The notes under the pieces are model-generated. The model ran no database searches. It worked only from the letters and a program-made list of their open reading frames with translations, and was not told the origin of the DNA. DNA of 64,000 nt from assembly GCA_964016885.1 (NCBI GenBank), contig OZ024742.1, forward strand, positions 79,670,001 to 79,734,000, written 5' to 3'. The position numbers and the translations under genes were made by a program. The stretch comes from Eledone cirrhosa (lineage: Eukaryota). Below, piece after piece: positions 1-19,384 of this stretch; position 1 is the stretch's first letter, and the number at the start of each line of letters is the position of its first letter.

Positions 1-1321
<1,321 letters not shown>

Positions 1322-1397
1322 TTTATGAAACGTACGTAGGTGATATTTTCAATAAACATGTTTTAACCGTCTATTCTCCGATTTTTCACTTTTCCAC

Positions 1398-1484
<87 letters not shown>

Positions 1485-2114
1485 TAAAGAGAGAGAGAAA
1501 TTGTTTTTGGCCACCGCCGAAATACGATCTCGCTGTATTAATCTCTCGGCCCTAGCAATTAATTAGTTAATTCTATTAGACAATTCTATTGACTGATTAA
1601 TTGCTTAAGTTTATTTAAATCAACCTGGTCTTGAGCTTACTTCGATTTGTGCAGTTTCTTGCAATTCTTGCAATAATTTTACACATTTTGAATGCATCCG
1701 CCAAAAATCGGGGTTACCTCAATCGCAGGGTAAACACGTGGGTAGTCACTTCACCATTACTACTGCATTGGAACCCGCTGGCCGGCTGAGAACAAAGTAT
1801 CTGTTGGCAAAATGGCAGCCTTGTTCGATCGTTATACCAAAAGCTTACAATGAAACCTCCCACTGGATTCAACCATCAATTTCCAGGATGTCCAGGATAT
1901 TCTTTTGTTAACCTGTTTAGCTTGCTTCGTTTTTTTGGCTCTGGGAGCTGATAGCTTCATGACCACCGTTTTCATTTTGTCTGGCCTCTAAAACGTATGC
2001 TAATTGCTCTGGTCTTCTTTTAGTCCATTGAGCGCTTACCGCATATCTCGAAAATTGCGTTTCGCTTTGCTTTTGCCCCCGCCGAAATACGATCTCGCTG
2101 AAATCATATTTGTT

Positions 2115-2136
<22 letters not shown>

Positions 2137-2163
<27 letters not shown>

Positions 2164-2700
2164 TGATATGTACGTATGGGTCACATCGAATATCAATAAT
2201 GCTCGATTCGTTTGTGAACAAACAGCCCGATTTGAAGGTGGGCCGTGTCGGTAACCGATCGTAACCTGTTTCATGAACACTGGCTTTGAGAAACAATCAA
2301 CATGTTTCTGGGCCATTACCCTTCATCAGGACTTTATACCTCAGCCAGTCTGTTGAAGGATTGAAAATATATATTGTATTTTCTTTAGTACAGATCGACT
2401 GAGTAGCCTCATTTGCATACCGAGCGAGCTACGGTTGGTCTTGCCGAATATTAAAAATATAATTAGAATTTCATTATTAGGTACACTGTCCAGATAAAGG
2501 GTAATGGCGCAGAAACATGTTGATTGCTCCTCAAAGCCAGTGTTGAACAAACAGGTGACGATCGGCCACCAGTACGGCACAGCTTCACACCGGGCCGTTT
2601 GTTTACAAACGAATGGAGCCTTATTATAGATGTTCGATGTGACCCATACGTACATATGTATATGTGTGTATATATATGTATATATATATATATATATATG
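2137..2700. mobile_element. Inverted pair of pLTR-like units (PLE-derived, non-coding)
   Basis: ~2150-2333 is a diverged reverse complement of ~2488-2670. Both arms end in (TA)n. The left arm carries an HHR and the right arm a decayed copy (gtc CAGATAA agggtaatggcgca GAAAC at GTT). Confidence 0.75.
2295..2333 (-). ncRNA. Minimal type-I hammerhead ribozyme
   Basis: Reverse complement reads agtc CTGATGA aggg-taatgg-ccca GAAAC at GTT gatt, with palindromic stem III AACATGTT. Confidence 0.8.
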
Positions 2701-3363
<663 letters not shown>

Positions 3364-3365
3364 GT

Positions 3366-3948
3366 ATCAGATATTGAGTTAGAATCTCAAAATAGTTTCA
3401 TACAATTAAATAGCTCCAAGAAAGAAGTTTTTCTGAGCCGTGTAATATAATTGAATATACAAGAGAGATGAACACAAATATAAACATACATGTGTTCGAA
3501 TTGTAAAGGACCAGGTTCACTAGAGTGAAAAAAATACTAACTATAACAATATGGTTTGCCAGACTTAATTTAAAGTAATAATCCAAGAAAAAGAAGAACA
3601 CACCTATATTGGGCAAGTGCCTGAAAAACCTTGACGGTTATAGGAACTGTTTCGCAAATTATTAAGCGAAGGAATCACCAACTCTCTGCTCTGTAGGTGT
3701 AAGAATTAGCAATCCTTCCACTTCTAAATATACCAGAAGACTGAATAGTGTGCGAATATGAAATAACGCACATGTCTTCAGAGCCTAGCGTGTCTCATAA
3801 ACCTATGCTGCAAAAAATAGCAGCCGGGTTTACACGACATTTAAATTCGCTCAACGAGTCGGAGCCGACAATATCAGATATTGAGTTAGAAACTCAAAAT
3901 AGTTTCTTACAATTAAATAGCTCCAAGAAAGAAGTTTTTATGAGCCGT
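3366..3948. repeat. ~507-bp unit with terminal direct repeat
   Basis: atcagatattgagttagaa...gagccgtg occurs at ~3366 and ~3873. Confidence 0.65.
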
Positions 3949-4005
3949 GACCCTGTTCTTTTACAATTCTTACACATGTATGTTTATATTTGTGTTTATC
4001 CCTCT

Positions 4006-4100
<95 letters not shown>

Positions 4101-4133
4101 CCACGAATCGCCTGGTCACTTAGCTGAGAACAG

Positions 4134-4215
4134 ACTTCCTGATGACGAAAGGTTTCTCCATGCTTTCCATTCGGAAACGATGTTTATTCCCTTTCAGAGA
4201 CTAATTAGTTGGAGT
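4134..4215 (+). ncRNA. Hammerhead ribozyme variant (GAGAC in place of GAAAC), related to the 27.4-28.9 kb family
   Basis: acttc CTGATGA c gaaagg...cctttc a GAGAC taatta GTT ggagt; the flanks resemble 28647-28780. Confidence 0.65.
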
Positions 4216-4266
4216 GAAATTTTAGTAAGTAAGTTAATTTTTATAATTTTCTTATTTTTTTACGTC

Positions 4267-4332
<66 letters not shown>

Positions 4333-4799
4333 TACTAATAAATGGAAAATAACATATTTATTTTATTATACGTATTACAAGGATACCAAATTATGTTATG
4401 CTTTCATCAGATAATATATATAATATTTGATGTATAAGATAGTAACATACCCAAAGTATAAATTTCCAACGACAGCTTACAGTGGGCCACTGTAAGCTGT
4501 CGTTGGAAATATATACTGATGAAAGAATACCATAATTTAGTATCCTTGAAAAATGTATAATAAAATAAATGTGATGCTATAGTGATATTTTCCATTTATT
4601 ACTATGATTAATATTATAATATTCCAGATAAAACTTATTTGTAGAGTGCTTCATATCTGTTAAGGACATAACTGTGTATAATGAGAAAAACTCCGTTTTT
4701 CCTATGTGGAAAAAATGCGCCGAGTGCTTGATTGAATTGCATCAATGTTTACCGTAAGATATAAATATATATATATATATATAAATTTATATATATATA

Positions 4800-4920
4800 T
4801 AAATGTGGAGAAGGAGCACACGAGTCGGAATATATATATAAAATGTGGAGAAGGAGCACACGAGTCGGAATATATATATAAAATGTGGAGAAGGAGCACA
4901 CGAGTAGGAATATATATATA
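4800..4920 (+). repeat. ~39-bp tandem repeat x3, with an inverted copy near 5105-5190
   Basis: aaatgtggagaaggagcacacgagtcggaatatatatat is repeated; ctcgtgtgctccttctccaca lies at ~5167. Confidence 0.85.
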
Positions 4921-5189
4921 TATATATAGGGAGAAAACAACGATTATTAGGAAGAAAATTATATATTTTTCCTAAGCTTTTTCTCTGGGTTAGAAAGTGT
5001 TTAAAATATAATATTTTACTTTGTGTTAAGTGTTAAGGTATTGGTTAACTTATTTATTAATTAACAATAGCGTCGATTTATTTATTTATTGATAAAAATA
5101 AGGAAAACAAAATATTTTTCTTCCTAATAATCGTTTTTTCTCCCTATATATGAATATATATTCAAACTCGTGTGCTCCTTCTCCACAAT

Positions 5190-9375
<4,186 letters not shown>

Positions 9376-9379
<4 letters not shown>

Positions 9380-10519
9380 AGTTAACTTCCTGGATGTCAC
9401 ACTCAATTTAAACTCTGGTTTGATTAAACCGTCTCATAAATTGAATGAAAATCTCAAATACGTAAATGTTGGGTCTAACCACCCCATCTCTATAATTAAA
9501 TCTATCCCTAAAAATATTTCCCTTAGAATCTCGGGTCTATCTTCTAACATACAAGTATTTAAGGAACACGCCGAGTACTACGATAACGCCCTTAGTAAAG
9601 CAGGCTACCTCAACAAAATAGAGTACATAGATGGGAACAATCAAAACACCCAAAATAAATCCCACATAGGTAGATATAATAACACAACACCAAACCACAC
9701 TTACTACCATAGTATGCACACCAGTAAACCAACAAACAAAACTAATAGAAAGCGATGCAAAGAGTACTTATGGTATAACCCCGAATACAATAGTTCCATT
9801 AGTACAAATTTACCAGTACTCTTCTTTAAAATAATTAAAAGACATTTTCCTACATCACACAAATACCACAAAATCCTAAACCCTACCACTATAAGACTGT
9901 CATACTCTACAGCGTTAAACCTTGAACAACACATAAAAAAGATCAATACTAGAAGGTTAAACGAAAACACTAAAAACTTAAGTACAAAGAACACAAAAAA
10001 ACAGTAGACAATACACTACAGAACATAAATAAACCACACCTAAGTTCGTCCGCAATACTACTCCAGAGAAAACCCAACGTACACAACTGTAACTGCACCT
10101 ATCCTGACAACTGCCCCCTCGGCAATAACTGCCTGGAAAAAAATATTATTTATAAGTGTACCATTAAATCCGGAGGCAACGAGTGGTATTACGTGGGATC
10201 AACGGCAACATCGTTTAAATCTCGATTGTATAGGCATTCTTACTCAATAAAACACCAGAGCCAAAGAAATGTAACAACTTTAGCAGAAAAAGCTTGGACG
10301 CTCAGGGATAGCGATCAAAAGTTTACCCTAAAATGGGAGAAATTAGCTAAAACCCAAAGCTTTTCCAGGAGCCAAAATTTCTGCAAATTGTGTAATCTTG
10401 AGATTTATTACATAATCACACACAAGAAGAAACTGCTGAATAACAGAATTGAACGAACATTATTCTGCCGTCACAGAACTAAAACCCTTTTTTCCCACTA
10501 CAAGCCGAATATTACATAA
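9376..10519 (+). pseudogene. 5'-truncated Penelope-like (Naiad-type) retroelement ORF: RT C-terminus/thumb, Cys linker, GIY-YIG endonuclease
   Basis: NFLDVTL...[15 protein letters not shown] (PLE RT end), WYNP, CNCTYPDNCPLGNNC linker, IIYKC...YVGST..FKSR..H (GIY-YIG), CKLC..E, CRH. There is a stop/frameshift near 10005-10080. The ORF starts abruptly at (TA)n. Confidence 0.92.
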
Positions 10520-10631
10520 AAGAGGGACATCCCCCAACTATATAAACTTTAATCTAGTTAGAAAAATATAAAAACAATCTCTTCTCAACATATATTAATA
10601 ACCTTAAATTACCACACTAATAATGGAAAGA

Positions 10632-10689
10632 TATGCTGATGAGAATAGGTGCAAATATGCGATAATGAATGTGTCTAAAAACGTCCATA
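10632..10689 (+). ncRNA. Degenerate hammerhead in the PLE 3' pLTR
   Basis: tatg CTGATGA ga...tct AAAAAC GTC cata. The GAAA motif is mutated, but the position just downstream of the GIY-YIG ORF fits a PLE HHR. Confidence 0.45.
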
Positions 10690-10801
10690 AGTATGTATAT
10701 ATATGTGAAAATGTATATAAATAAGTAAATATATATATATATGTTTGATGTGAAATAAAGTTAAATAAAAGTCAAATGATTAAAATTTAGCTTCGTTTAT
10801 T

Positions 10802-10856
10802 ACTGCTATATATATTTCCGTGACAGCCATCTTTGGCTGTGACCTCTTCAGGCAGT
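10802..10856 (-). ncRNA. Type-I hammerhead ribozyme
   Basis: Reverse complement reads actgc CTGAAGA ggtcacagcc-aaagat-ggctgtcacg GAAA tatata TA gcagt. Confidence 0.85.
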
Positions 10857-11113
10857 TTGAATTAGTATGGTATAGACAAGTACATATGTTGTTTAGGTGT
10901 ATGATATTGTCAATACTCTGATATGCCCAGTTCCTTGTTGGGTTGTTAATTCACTGGGGAACTGGAGTCACTCCGGAGTAACCAAACCAACCTGCGCACT
11001 TCGTCGAGTGCTCCAGCCTGCATACTGAGGTGTTGGTATACAACCAACATAAACTCAAAATCTATATGTTTGATGTGTATAGTTTGATGTAAGTGTATTC
11101 ATGTATTAAAGTG

Positions 11114-11182
<69 letters not shown>

Positions 11183-11765
11183 TGTATATATATATATATA
11201 TGTATGTATATATGTGTATATAGATGTGTATGTATGTGTATGTGTGTACACATGGACTAGAGTATGTATGTATATATGTGTGTGTCTATACGTGTGTATA
11301 TAAAGATAAGTTGAGTATGAAAATGTATACACATGAGCGCGTATGTATGTACATGAATACATGTGTGTATATATATGTGTATGCATGTGTATATATATGT
11401 AAGTATGAATATGTGAATTGTGAGTATATGTATTTTGTAGAGGTGTGCAAATATATTTGTGTGTGAATGCGTGGGTGAAAGGATACGTACACTTGAAAGA
11501 AAAATTTAAGTCTGAATGTTAATTAAGTGCAAACACAAAACAAACCACGCATATCTTTACTATCTCTAATCCTTCTATAGATTTAGAAAAATAACCAATA
11601 ATATATTCTATAAAAAATGTCAAAACAACAGATGGGAATCTAATTACTCACTGCCACCAAGAATTCTCACTGCTATCGAAAAACCACTCCTTCAACTATT
11701 CTTCTAACAACTTCACCCCTCCCTCCTAATATTCTCTATAAAAACTAAATAGGTCCTCAGTAATA

Positions 11766-11885
11766 TTATTCTGATGAAATGACAGTAAATAATAACATTG
11801 AAATATTGAATGTCTGCATAACTAAAAGTTTGTAGATAGCAGCTGTTTTAGGTTATGTAACTGTTATAGAAACACGTGTCAATAA
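11766..11885 (+). ncRNA. Type-I hammerhead ribozyme with a long stem-II insertion
   Basis: ttatt CTGATGA a atgacagt [~70 nt] actgttat a GAAAC acgt GTC aataa, with palindrome ACACGTGT. Confidence 0.85.
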
Positions 11886-11919
11886 ATTCCTTTCAACTAA
11901 ACTGTATCCATTCAAATCT

Positions 11920-12043
<124 letters not shown>

Positions 12044-12227
12044 TATATATATATATTTTAAATATATATATATATATTTTAAATATATATATATATATTT
12101 TATATGTATATATATATATATATTTTATATATATATATATATATATTTTATATGTATATATATATATATATATTTTATATATATATATATATATTTTATA
12201 TATATATATATATATTTTATATATATA

Positions 12228-12318
<91 letters not shown>

Positions 12319-12449
12319 GATATAGATATATATATATATAGATATAGATATATATATATATGTATATATACATATACATATACATATATATTTATATATA
12401 TGCGCGCAGAGACACAAATTTACCAGTTACATTAATTTCTGTGTATCAT

Positions 12450-13044
12450 GCTCACCGCATCGGCGTTTCCTTGAGGATCGTCTTCCGGATATGCGAGCCA
12501 CACCAATGTCGCTGCGGATCAACCGTGGACGCTTTCGGCCTCTACCCGCTTTCCTGTCACCACAGTGCCAGCCGCCTTCCACGCCATGCTGCCCTCAAGG
12601 AGGTCATAAACCATGGCGTGGACGCTGCAGGCTTCCCTTCCCAGCACGAGCCGGTGGCGCTAGACCGAGGAGACGGCAAAAGGCCAGATGGCATGGCCAT
12701 CTTCCCGTTCCGCGGTGGCAAACCCATCGTCTGGGATGCTAGTTGCACCGACACTTTCTGCAGCCGTAACCTGGTACAGTCTGCCACTAACCCAGGTTCT
12801 GCTGCACGTCGGGCTGAGGAGGCCAAACTCCTCAAATACCGGTCGTTCTCCGACAGGTTTGCGGTTGTACCCCTGGCACAGGAGACTTCTTGTGACCTCT
12901 GCCGCAGGGCTACCTCCATACTCACCATCGTAGGCGCTGAGCTGGCCAGTCGCAGGTGTGAGCCCCGCGAGTTGTAGTGGCTTTTCCAGCGCGACTCCCT
13001 TGCTGTCCTGCGCGGGAACGTCTTCTCCATCCTGTGCGCCGGAG

Positions 13045-13046
<2 letters not shown>
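12450..13046 (+). pseudogene. CRE-clade-like non-LTR retrotransposon 3' fragment (Zn knuckle + restriction-like endonuclease)
   Basis: CRCG..VD..G....SC......RH, RPDG, WDASC.DT, AEEAKLLKY and PLAQET motifs. GC-rich island between microsatellites; stop codon at 12975. Confidence 0.8.
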
Positions 13047-13080
<34 letters not shown>

Positions 13081-13509
13081 GGGGGGGGGGGTCTCCATCC
13101 CGTAACATTCCATATTTAGGCATGCGAAACACAAAACCTGTCCGTTTACATTCATATACATATAAACGCATATATAAATATACATATATAAACATTTTTA
13201 CATATAGAATGTTATTTCCATGTGTCATGCTTATCTCTTCTAGAGTTAAAGATTTCTTTCCTGATTTTAAGTATTATGCTGATATACTCATATTGTAATA
13301 GGTTTCTCTATGCTCCTGATATTATTTATTGAATTCTCTAATCTATATACAAAAGTATTTCATTGCAATTTAGATAGCATCAACTAGGTATATACTTACG
13401 TATGTTGGTATGTATGTATGTATTTATGTTCTGGTTTTATAATTTCACAAATTTTTGCCAATAAATATATATAAGTATGTATGTATGTGTCCTTGTATTA
13501 AGTATGTAC

Positions 13510-14355
13510 GCATGTATTTGTTGCAGGAATGCATGAATGTATATAGATGTGTGCGTATGGATGTATGTTATCTCATTCTCTTAATTTCGAGTATATTTTT
13601 TTGACCGGCCATCTTCCTGATGGCAAGGTTGTAAAATAAAAGAAATTGTCATCCCTTGAATCGCAAGAATGTTTTGCAAATTTTGAAGGTGCCAGCTATC
13701 GCAGCCATTTGTAGACTATGAATTAGGGAGCTGCGCTCTTTGTCCGCAAATCCAAGTTCAGTCATACTTTGGTCCAAAAGCGGGTTGGTATATAACCCGT
13801 AGCTCCAATAATGATGGGTGTGAAGCTAAAGGTGTATCTTGGATACTGGATTTGTAAACTCCTCATCAAAGGACCGTAGATGTCCTCCTTCTCCTGTATT
13901 TTCTGACAACGTTTACATCAGATGGGCAGCTGATCTCCACAACAGAACACGTTTTCAATGTGTGGTCCCAAACAACAATATCAGGCCGGTTGTGATTTAA
14001 TTTGGTGGCAGTTTTTATTTTCAGGTCCCACCAGTATTCCTTAGTGCCATCTGTCTCAATATATTCTTCCTCGTTTGTTATTAATTTTGTTTTCCGAACT
14101 GCGTTTCAGATAGTTCTAGCTATCCCATCGTGTCTCATGGGGCGGTAGTAGCGAGATGACATTCTGCAACAATGTGGCTTACATCCTCGATCTTTGTTGT
14201 ACATAGCCTACATTTATTGTCAGCTGATGGCCCTCCCTTTTTGTGCAGCAGAAATTTGGTAGGGAGTTCTTGTTCCTGTATTGCATAGAGATATCCCTGA
14301 AGGTGTGATGTCATAAACTTGTCGGAACTCTATGCCAGGCTTTTTGAGTGGTTTT
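13510..14355 (-). pseudogene. R4/Dong-like RLE retrotransposon 3' fragment
   Basis: Near-duplicate of ~21570-22360 (AIQEQE, CRLC, RHD, RPDIVVWD), with frameshifts. Confidence 0.85.
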
Positions 14356-14383
14356 GTATGTATGTATGTATGTATGTATGTAT

Positions 14384-15032
14384 GTCAGGTCACCAGTTGG
14401 TGCTACTGGTAACATGTATCCCAGTACAACCTGTCTCATGGTCGGGTCGTTGGCGACTAAACTGGCAACCCCACCAAGGTTTCTTGGTGAGGAGGGTGAC
14501 TTTGGACATCCTGCAGGACTAAAAACAAAACCTGTCAAAGAGTCAATGGCCATCCAAAATCACCGGGAGAGATGACCCCTTAGCCTTTGTAAAGGCAGAA
14601 TTCTAGGAGAAGGAAAACTCTGATATAACACCTGCAACCCTGATGGTATCCAATGATGTTGACTTGTTCTTCTTTTTGGTAAATATCATCTTGGTTAAGA
14701 GAGTGGGACTGGCTTTGTGCAGTGCCTTTGCTCACTATAAAAGCTTCACGGCACAGGCATTGCTTTATATCTGGAGATCTCTCTGCACTTGTCGTCACAT
14801 GGAACCATGGGCCCAGCACTATGTGTCAATAATTGTCACAGGTGTAGTGTTTGTACCAGAGTTTTCAAGTAGCTAGCTGGACTAAAATGTCACACTCGTT
14901 CAGCGCATCGGTAGGAGTTCTCCTACATGGATATAAAGTAGTGGCCGTACTCGAAAACGAGTTGGCAGCCACTATGTATGTATGTATGTATGTATGTATG
15001 TATGTATGTATGTATGTATGTATGTATGTATG

Positions 15033-15063
<31 letters not shown>

Positions 15064-16355
15064 CTATGTTTGTGTCAGGTCACCAGTTGGTGCTACTGGT
15101 AACATGTATCCCAGTACAACCTGTCTCATGGTCGAGTCGTTGGCGACTAAACTGGCAACCCCACCAAGATTTCTTGGTGAGGAGGGTGACTTTGGACATC
15201 CTGCAGGACTAAAAACAAAACCTGTCAAAGGGCAAAGGAGCTCTTAAGAGTCAATGGCCATCCAAAATCACCGGGAGAGATGACCCCTTAGCCTTTGTCA
15301 AGGCAGAATTCTAGGAGAAGGAAAACTCTGATATAACACCTGCAACCCTGATGGTATCCAATGATGTTGAAGTGTTCTTCTTTTTGGTAAATATCATCTT
15401 GGTTAAGAGAGTGGGACTGGCTTTGTGCAGTGCCTTTGCTCACTATAAAAGCTTCACGGCACAGGCATTGCTTTATATCTGGAGATCTCTCTGCACTTGT
15501 CGTCACATGGTACCATGGGCCCAGCACTATGTGTCAATAATTGTCACAAGTGTAGTGTTTGTACCAGAATTTTCAAGTCGCTGGCTGGACTAAAAAGTCA
15601 CACTCGTTCAGCGCATCGGTAGGGGTTCTCCTACATGGATATAAAGTAGTGGCCGTACTCGAAAACGAGTTGGCAGCCACCATGTATGTATGTATGTATC
15701 TATGTAGGTATGTTTGTATGTATGCATGTATATATGTACGTATGTATGTCAGGTCACCAGTTGGTGCTACTGGTAACATGTATCCCAGTACAACCTGTCT
15801 CATGGTCGGGTCGTTGGCGACTAAACTGGCAACCCCACCAAGGTTTCTTGGTGAGGAGAGTGACTTTGGACATCCTGCAGGACTAAAAACAAAACCTGTC
15901 AAAGGGCAAAGGAGCTCTTAAGAGTCAATGGCCATCCGAAACAACCGGGAGAGATGACCCCATAGCCTTTGTCAAGGCAGAATTCTAGGAGAAGGAAAAC
16001 TCTGATATAACACCTGCAACCGTGATGGTATCCTATGATGTTGACTTGTTCTTCTTTTTGGTAAATATCATCTTGGTTAAGAGAGTGGGACTGGCTTTGT
16101 GCAGTGCCTTTGCTCACTATAAAAGCTTCACGGCTCAGGCATTGCTTTATATCTGGAGATCTCTCTGCACTTGTCATCACATGGTACCATGGGCCCAGCA
16201 CTATGTGTCAATAATTGTCACAAGTGTAGTGTTTGTACCCGAGTTTTCAAGTCACTGTCTGGACTAAAAAGTCACACTCGTTCAGCGCATCGATAGGGCC
16301 TCTCCTACATGGATATAAAATAGTGGCCGTACTCGAAAACGAGTTGCCAGCCACC
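14384..16355 (+). mobile_element. Three head-to-tail copies of a ~600-bp non-autonomous RTE-derived element (14384-14973, 15074-15681, 15748-16355)
   Basis: Each starts gtcaggtcaccagttgg and ends ctcgaaaacgagtt..cagccac, followed by (ATGT)n. Confidence 0.9.
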
Positions 16356-16426
16356 ATGTATGTATGTATGTATGTATGTATGTATGTATGTATGTATGTA
16401 TGTATGTATGTATGTATGTATGTATG

Positions 16427-18407
16427 TCAATCTGGCTTTCGTGCTGGACGCGGCACTACTGATATGATCTTCTCAGCTAGACAGCTCCAGGAGAAGTGCA
16501 TGGAACAAGGCTTGGATCTGTATAGGTTTTTGTCGATCTGACAAAAGCTTTCGATACTGTTAACAGAGATGCATTATGGAAGGTTCTCCAGAAACTCGGT
16601 TGCCCTGATAAGTTCCTTGCTTTAGTTAGGTCTTTCCATGACGACATGAAGGCTTGGGTTAATGTCGGGGGTAACATGTCGGATCATATCTCAGTAAAAC
16701 ATGGAGTGAAACAGGGGGAAATTCCAGCACCGACCCAGTTTGCCATATACTTTGCAATGGTTTTCTGTATTGCATTCAGGAATTGCGAGCATGGTGTTTA
16801 CATCCGATATCGAACCTCAGGCAGCATATTTAACATCAGGCGCTTTGCTGCAAAGACAAAAATATTTACATCAATCATAAGAGACCTCTTGTATGCAGAT
16901 GATTGCGATCTTGTAGCGCACACAGAGAGTGATATGCAGCACATTTTGAATGCATTTTATGACGCTTGCACTGCCCTAGGTCTGACTGTCAGTCTCAAGA
17001 AAGCCGTCGTCATGTACCAACCTGCCCCTGATAAGGAGTACACTGAACCATACATCTATGTGTATTGCAAACGACTTGGAGTGGTTGATCAGTTTGTCTA
17101 CCTGGGAAGCACTGTCAATCGATACAACAACTTTGACAGTGAAATCTCACTTATGTTTAGGAAAGCAAGTGATGCTTTCGGAAAGCTCGAAAGGTGACTC
17201 TGGGGTCGGCGAGACATATGCAGGAGGACAAAGGTAAAGGTGTACAGGGCATGTGTGTTCTCTTGTCTTCTTTATGCCTGCGAGACCTGGGTCACATATC
17301 GACACCACCTTAAGCAATTGGAGCGTTTCCATCAGATGTGTCTCAGACAGATCCATGGCGTTCAATGGAGGGACCACATTAGTGATGTCGAGATTTTGGA
17401 AAGCTCTGTGTGTGTGACAGTATAGAAGCTTTTGCGCTTAAACAACGACTCCGTTGGAGTGGTCACCTTGCCAGGATGAAGGATTCTAGAATACCAAAAC
17501 AACTCTTTTATGGAGAGTTGGTTAAAGGAAAACGACCGCCACATAAACCAAAAAAGAGGTATAAGGATTCCTTGAAAGCCTCTTTGAAAGACGCTAACAT
17601 CTCTGGTGATACATGGGAGAATATTGCTGCTCATCGTAATAAATGGAGAAAGACTGTATATGAGGGAAAAGTTGTCTTTGAGGCATCTCGAATCGCATAC
17701 GAGAAAGTAAAGCGGGATGTGGGAAGAGCATTGCTGTTGCACTCCCATACGGCGAGGGTCCTCCTATGGTGCTGACATGCAGCGTCTATGCGAGACTCTG
17801 CCTAAGCAAAGCTGGACTCGAAAGTCATCTTCCCAGTCATAAAGTAAGGCCAGTGGTTGACTACCAGGCTGCTGTTGGAGATGCTACTCATCATGCTTGC
17901 CAAACATGTGGTAGAGAATGTAAATCAGCAGGAGGGCTCAAGCGACATGCAAGAGTACAAGAACTCCAACCACAGCCGACTATTCCCAGTAAATGTTTTG
18001 GTTGCTGACTCTGTGCAAGACATTTTAGATCATTGGCTGGGCTAAAAAGCCACATTCGATCGCAGCGCTGTTAGTTGCTATCGTGTGTGTGTGTAGATAT
18101 GCTTATGTGGGTGCGTGTGTGTGTATATATATATGTATATGTATATTATTATTGTTATTGTCGTTATTATTATTGTTGTTATTATTATTATTACTATTAT
18201 TATTGTTATTAATGTATGTATGTGTGTATATGTGTGTGTATGTGTGTGTGTGTGTATATATATGTATGTATATGTATATATATATATATTTTTTAATTTT
18301 TAATTTTTTTTTTTAATTTTTTTTTATTTTTATTTATTTATTATTATTATTTTTATTTTCTTTCTCCTCGTGCAATGGCCATACTCGATAACGAGGGGGC
18401 AGCCATC
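16427..18407 (+). pseudogene. 5'-truncated RTE-clade LINE: RT domain, C-terminal C2H2 fingers and 3' tail
   Basis: QSGFRAGRGTTDMIFSARQLQEKC, FVDLTKAFDTV, GVKQG, LLYADD, YLGS, LLYACETW, RLRWSGH..RM...RIPKQLFYGEL. Fingers include CQTCGRECKSAGGLKRH. The 3' end is ggccatactcgataacgagggggcagccatc(ATGT)n. Several stops and frameshifts. Confidence 0.93.
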
Positions 18408-18485
18408 ATGTATGTATGTATGTATGTATGTATGTATGTATGTATGTATGTATGTATGTATGTATGTTTGTACGTAAGTATGTAT

Positions 18486-19073
18486 GTCAGGTCACCAGTT
18501 GGTGCTACTGGTAACATGTATCCCAGTACAACCTGTCCCATGGTCGGGTCGTTGGCGACTAAACTGGCAACCCCACCAAGGTTTCTTGGACATCCTGCAG
18601 GACTAAAAACAAAACCTGTCAAAGGGCAAAGGAGCTCTTAAGAGTCGATGGCCATCCAAATCACCGGGAGAGATGACCGCTTAGCCTTTGTCAAGGCAGA
18701 ATTCTAGGACAAGGAAAACTCTGATATAACACCTGCAACTCTGTGGTATCCAATGATGTTAACTTGTTCTTCTTTTTGGTAAATATCATCTTGGTTAAGA
18801 GAGTGGGACTGGCTTTGTGCAGTGCCTTTGCTCACTATAAAAGCTTCACGGCTCAGGGATTGCTTTATATCTGGAGATCTCTCTGCACTTGTCGTCACAT
18901 GGTACCATGGGCCCAGCACTATGTGTCAATAGTTGTCACAAGTGTAGTGTTTGTACCAGAGTTTTGAAGTCACTGTCTGGACTAAAAAGTCACACTCGTT
19001 CAGCGTATCGGTAGGGCCTCTCCTACATGGATATAAAATAGTGGCCGTACTCGAAAACGAGTTGGCAGCCACC
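18486..19073 (+). mobile_element. ~600-bp RTE-derived element copy
   Basis: Same termini as 15074-15681. Confidence 0.9.
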
Positions 19074-19384
19074 ATGTATGTATGTATGCATGCATGTATA
19101 TAGGAATATATATATTTATGTATGCTTGTGTGTATATATGTACGTATGTATGTATGTTCTTCATGTTTTATAATTTCACAAAGTTTTACCAATAGAGAGA
19201 GAGTCGGTTTCTAACATAGACGCAAGACTCTCTCATTGGAATTTACACAACATCAACTAGGTAGATATGTATGTATGCATGCATGTGTAGATATGGATGT
19301 TATTGTACGTGTGGATGTGGATGTTTTGAGTTATATGTGTGCATGTGTATATGCTTTGTATCTGTACATGTGTATATGCAGTTA

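Noticed and set aside
4800-4920. CRISPR-like appearance of short repeats (also 37690-37815)
   Set aside because: No unique spacers, no cas genes, and a eukaryotic context.
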